A stretch of 64,000 nt of DNA from an uncultured Flavobacteriales bacterium (GTDB taxonomy: Bacteria; Pseudomonadota; Alphaproteobacteria; UBA8366; JADFVY01), in contig CAYFYY010000001.1 in the NCBI GenBank assembly GCA_964347475.1, positions 6,879-70,878 on the forward strand, in the 5' to 3' direction. The number at the start of each line of letters is the position of its first letter. The first letter of the stretch is position 1. Under the pieces are notes generated by a model, which was given only the letters and a program-made list of their open reading frames with translations, did no database searches and was not told the origin of the DNA. The position numbers and the translations under genes were made by a program. Shown here piece after piece: positions 63,535 through 64,000 of the stretch.

Positions 63535-63960
63535 TCACTCCGCCGCGATCGCGCGGGCCCGCCGACGGATCAGCAGGTATTCGTGCAGGGTGACCCAGCC
63601 GAGCAGCAACGTTCCCGCGGCGGCGACGTAGATGCGCACCGGCTCGAAATAGGCGAGGAGCAGTTCGCCGCCGAAGATCAGCAGCAGGATCTTGTTGCAC
63701 ACCGGGCAGGCGACGCCGAGAAAGGCGAGGATCCCGCCGGCGCCGGCGCCCTTTACCGAACAGAACGGCCGACGAATCGCAACATAGACGCCGGCCACGA
63801 GCGACATCGTCGCGAGCAGGGCGACCTCCCAGCCGCCGGCCGGCGTCATGCGAACGAAGACCGGGTTGTCCCACAGGGCCGCCACGGTACCGAGGAGGAC
63901 GAAGCTCACCGCTGCGGTCACCGCACCCGCCGCGATCCGTCTCGGGGTCACATGGTCCAT
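63535..63960 (-). CDS. Hypothetical four-TM membrane protein with an intramembrane CPVC motif
   Basis: LGVACPVCNKILLLIFG plus another conserved-looking Cys (RRPFCSV). Start is either the ATG at 63960 or the GTG at 63969. Confidence 0.4.
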   Translation of the reverse strand: MDHVTPRRIAAGAVTAAVSFVLLGTVAALWDNPVFVRMTPAGGWEVALLATMSLVAGVYVAIRRPFCSVKGAGAGGILAFLGVACPVCNKILLLIFGGELLLAYFEPVRIYVAAAGTLLLGWVTLHEYLLIRRRARAIAAE

Positions 63961-64000
63961 GGCGGCCACTCCTTTCGGCTCTGCGATCCGGTGGCGCGAC

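Noticed and set aside
1-64000. CRISPR arrays, transposases, integrases, prophage or plasmid genes, rRNA/tRNA genes
   Set aside because: No regularly spaced direct repeats, no recombinase-like ORFs and no structural RNA signatures were seen. The tandem repeats present are all in-frame protein repeats (PG-binding, Sel1).

Overview
GC-rich segment (about two-thirds G+C by eye, not computed). The gene content looks like an alphaproteobacterial chromosome: tesA plus a divergent YbbA/YbbP-type ABC pair, cobB, LMW-PTP plus fructosamine kinase, FccAB, a LuxO/NtrC-type activator, and CtrA-type TTAACCAT motifs. I support about 60 protein-coding genes. I found no rRNA, tRNA, CRISPR array, transposase, integrase or phage genes. 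All family calls come from motifs read by eye in the supplied translations; no database search was possible. Many long ORFs in the track are Arg/Gly/Pro-rich antisense or off-frame shadows typical of high-GC DNA and were discarded. Several real genes were trimmed to internal starts using RBS and homology cues. CDS coordinates include the stop codon. Main leads: (1) At 1-8626 a two-gene module is repeated on the minus strand: a receiver-less CHASE-type histidine kinase plus a secreted peptidoglycan-binding protein with an unassigned Cys-containing C-terminal domain. There are three kinases (one cut by the left edge) and two partner proteins. (2) At 24.7-28.1 kb a LuxO-like sigma-54 activator lies convergent with a membrane PAS-PAS-REC-HPt protein that has no kinase core. 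Together with the receiver-less kinases this suggests a split His-Asp-His-Asp phosphorelay. (3) At 56.2-59.8 kb a GNAT/C39-like peptidase fusion overlaps a long RimK-type ATP-grasp ligase, is followed by a TraB/GumN protein, and is bracketed by Sel1-repeat proteins. (4) At 51.6-53.8 kb two tandem paralogous CDP-alcohol phosphatidyltransferases are coupled to a HAD-IB phosphatase, next to an orphan FccB-like flavoprotein. (5) Smaller items: an acyl-carrier-like protein with Gly in place of the phosphopantetheine Ser, a 711-aa acidic tail-anchored protein with a triple GISFRD motif, a LysR-divergent operon of two tiny proteins, CtrA-like motifs confined to promoter regions, and a possible small RNA or bidirectional terminator in an AT-rich island.
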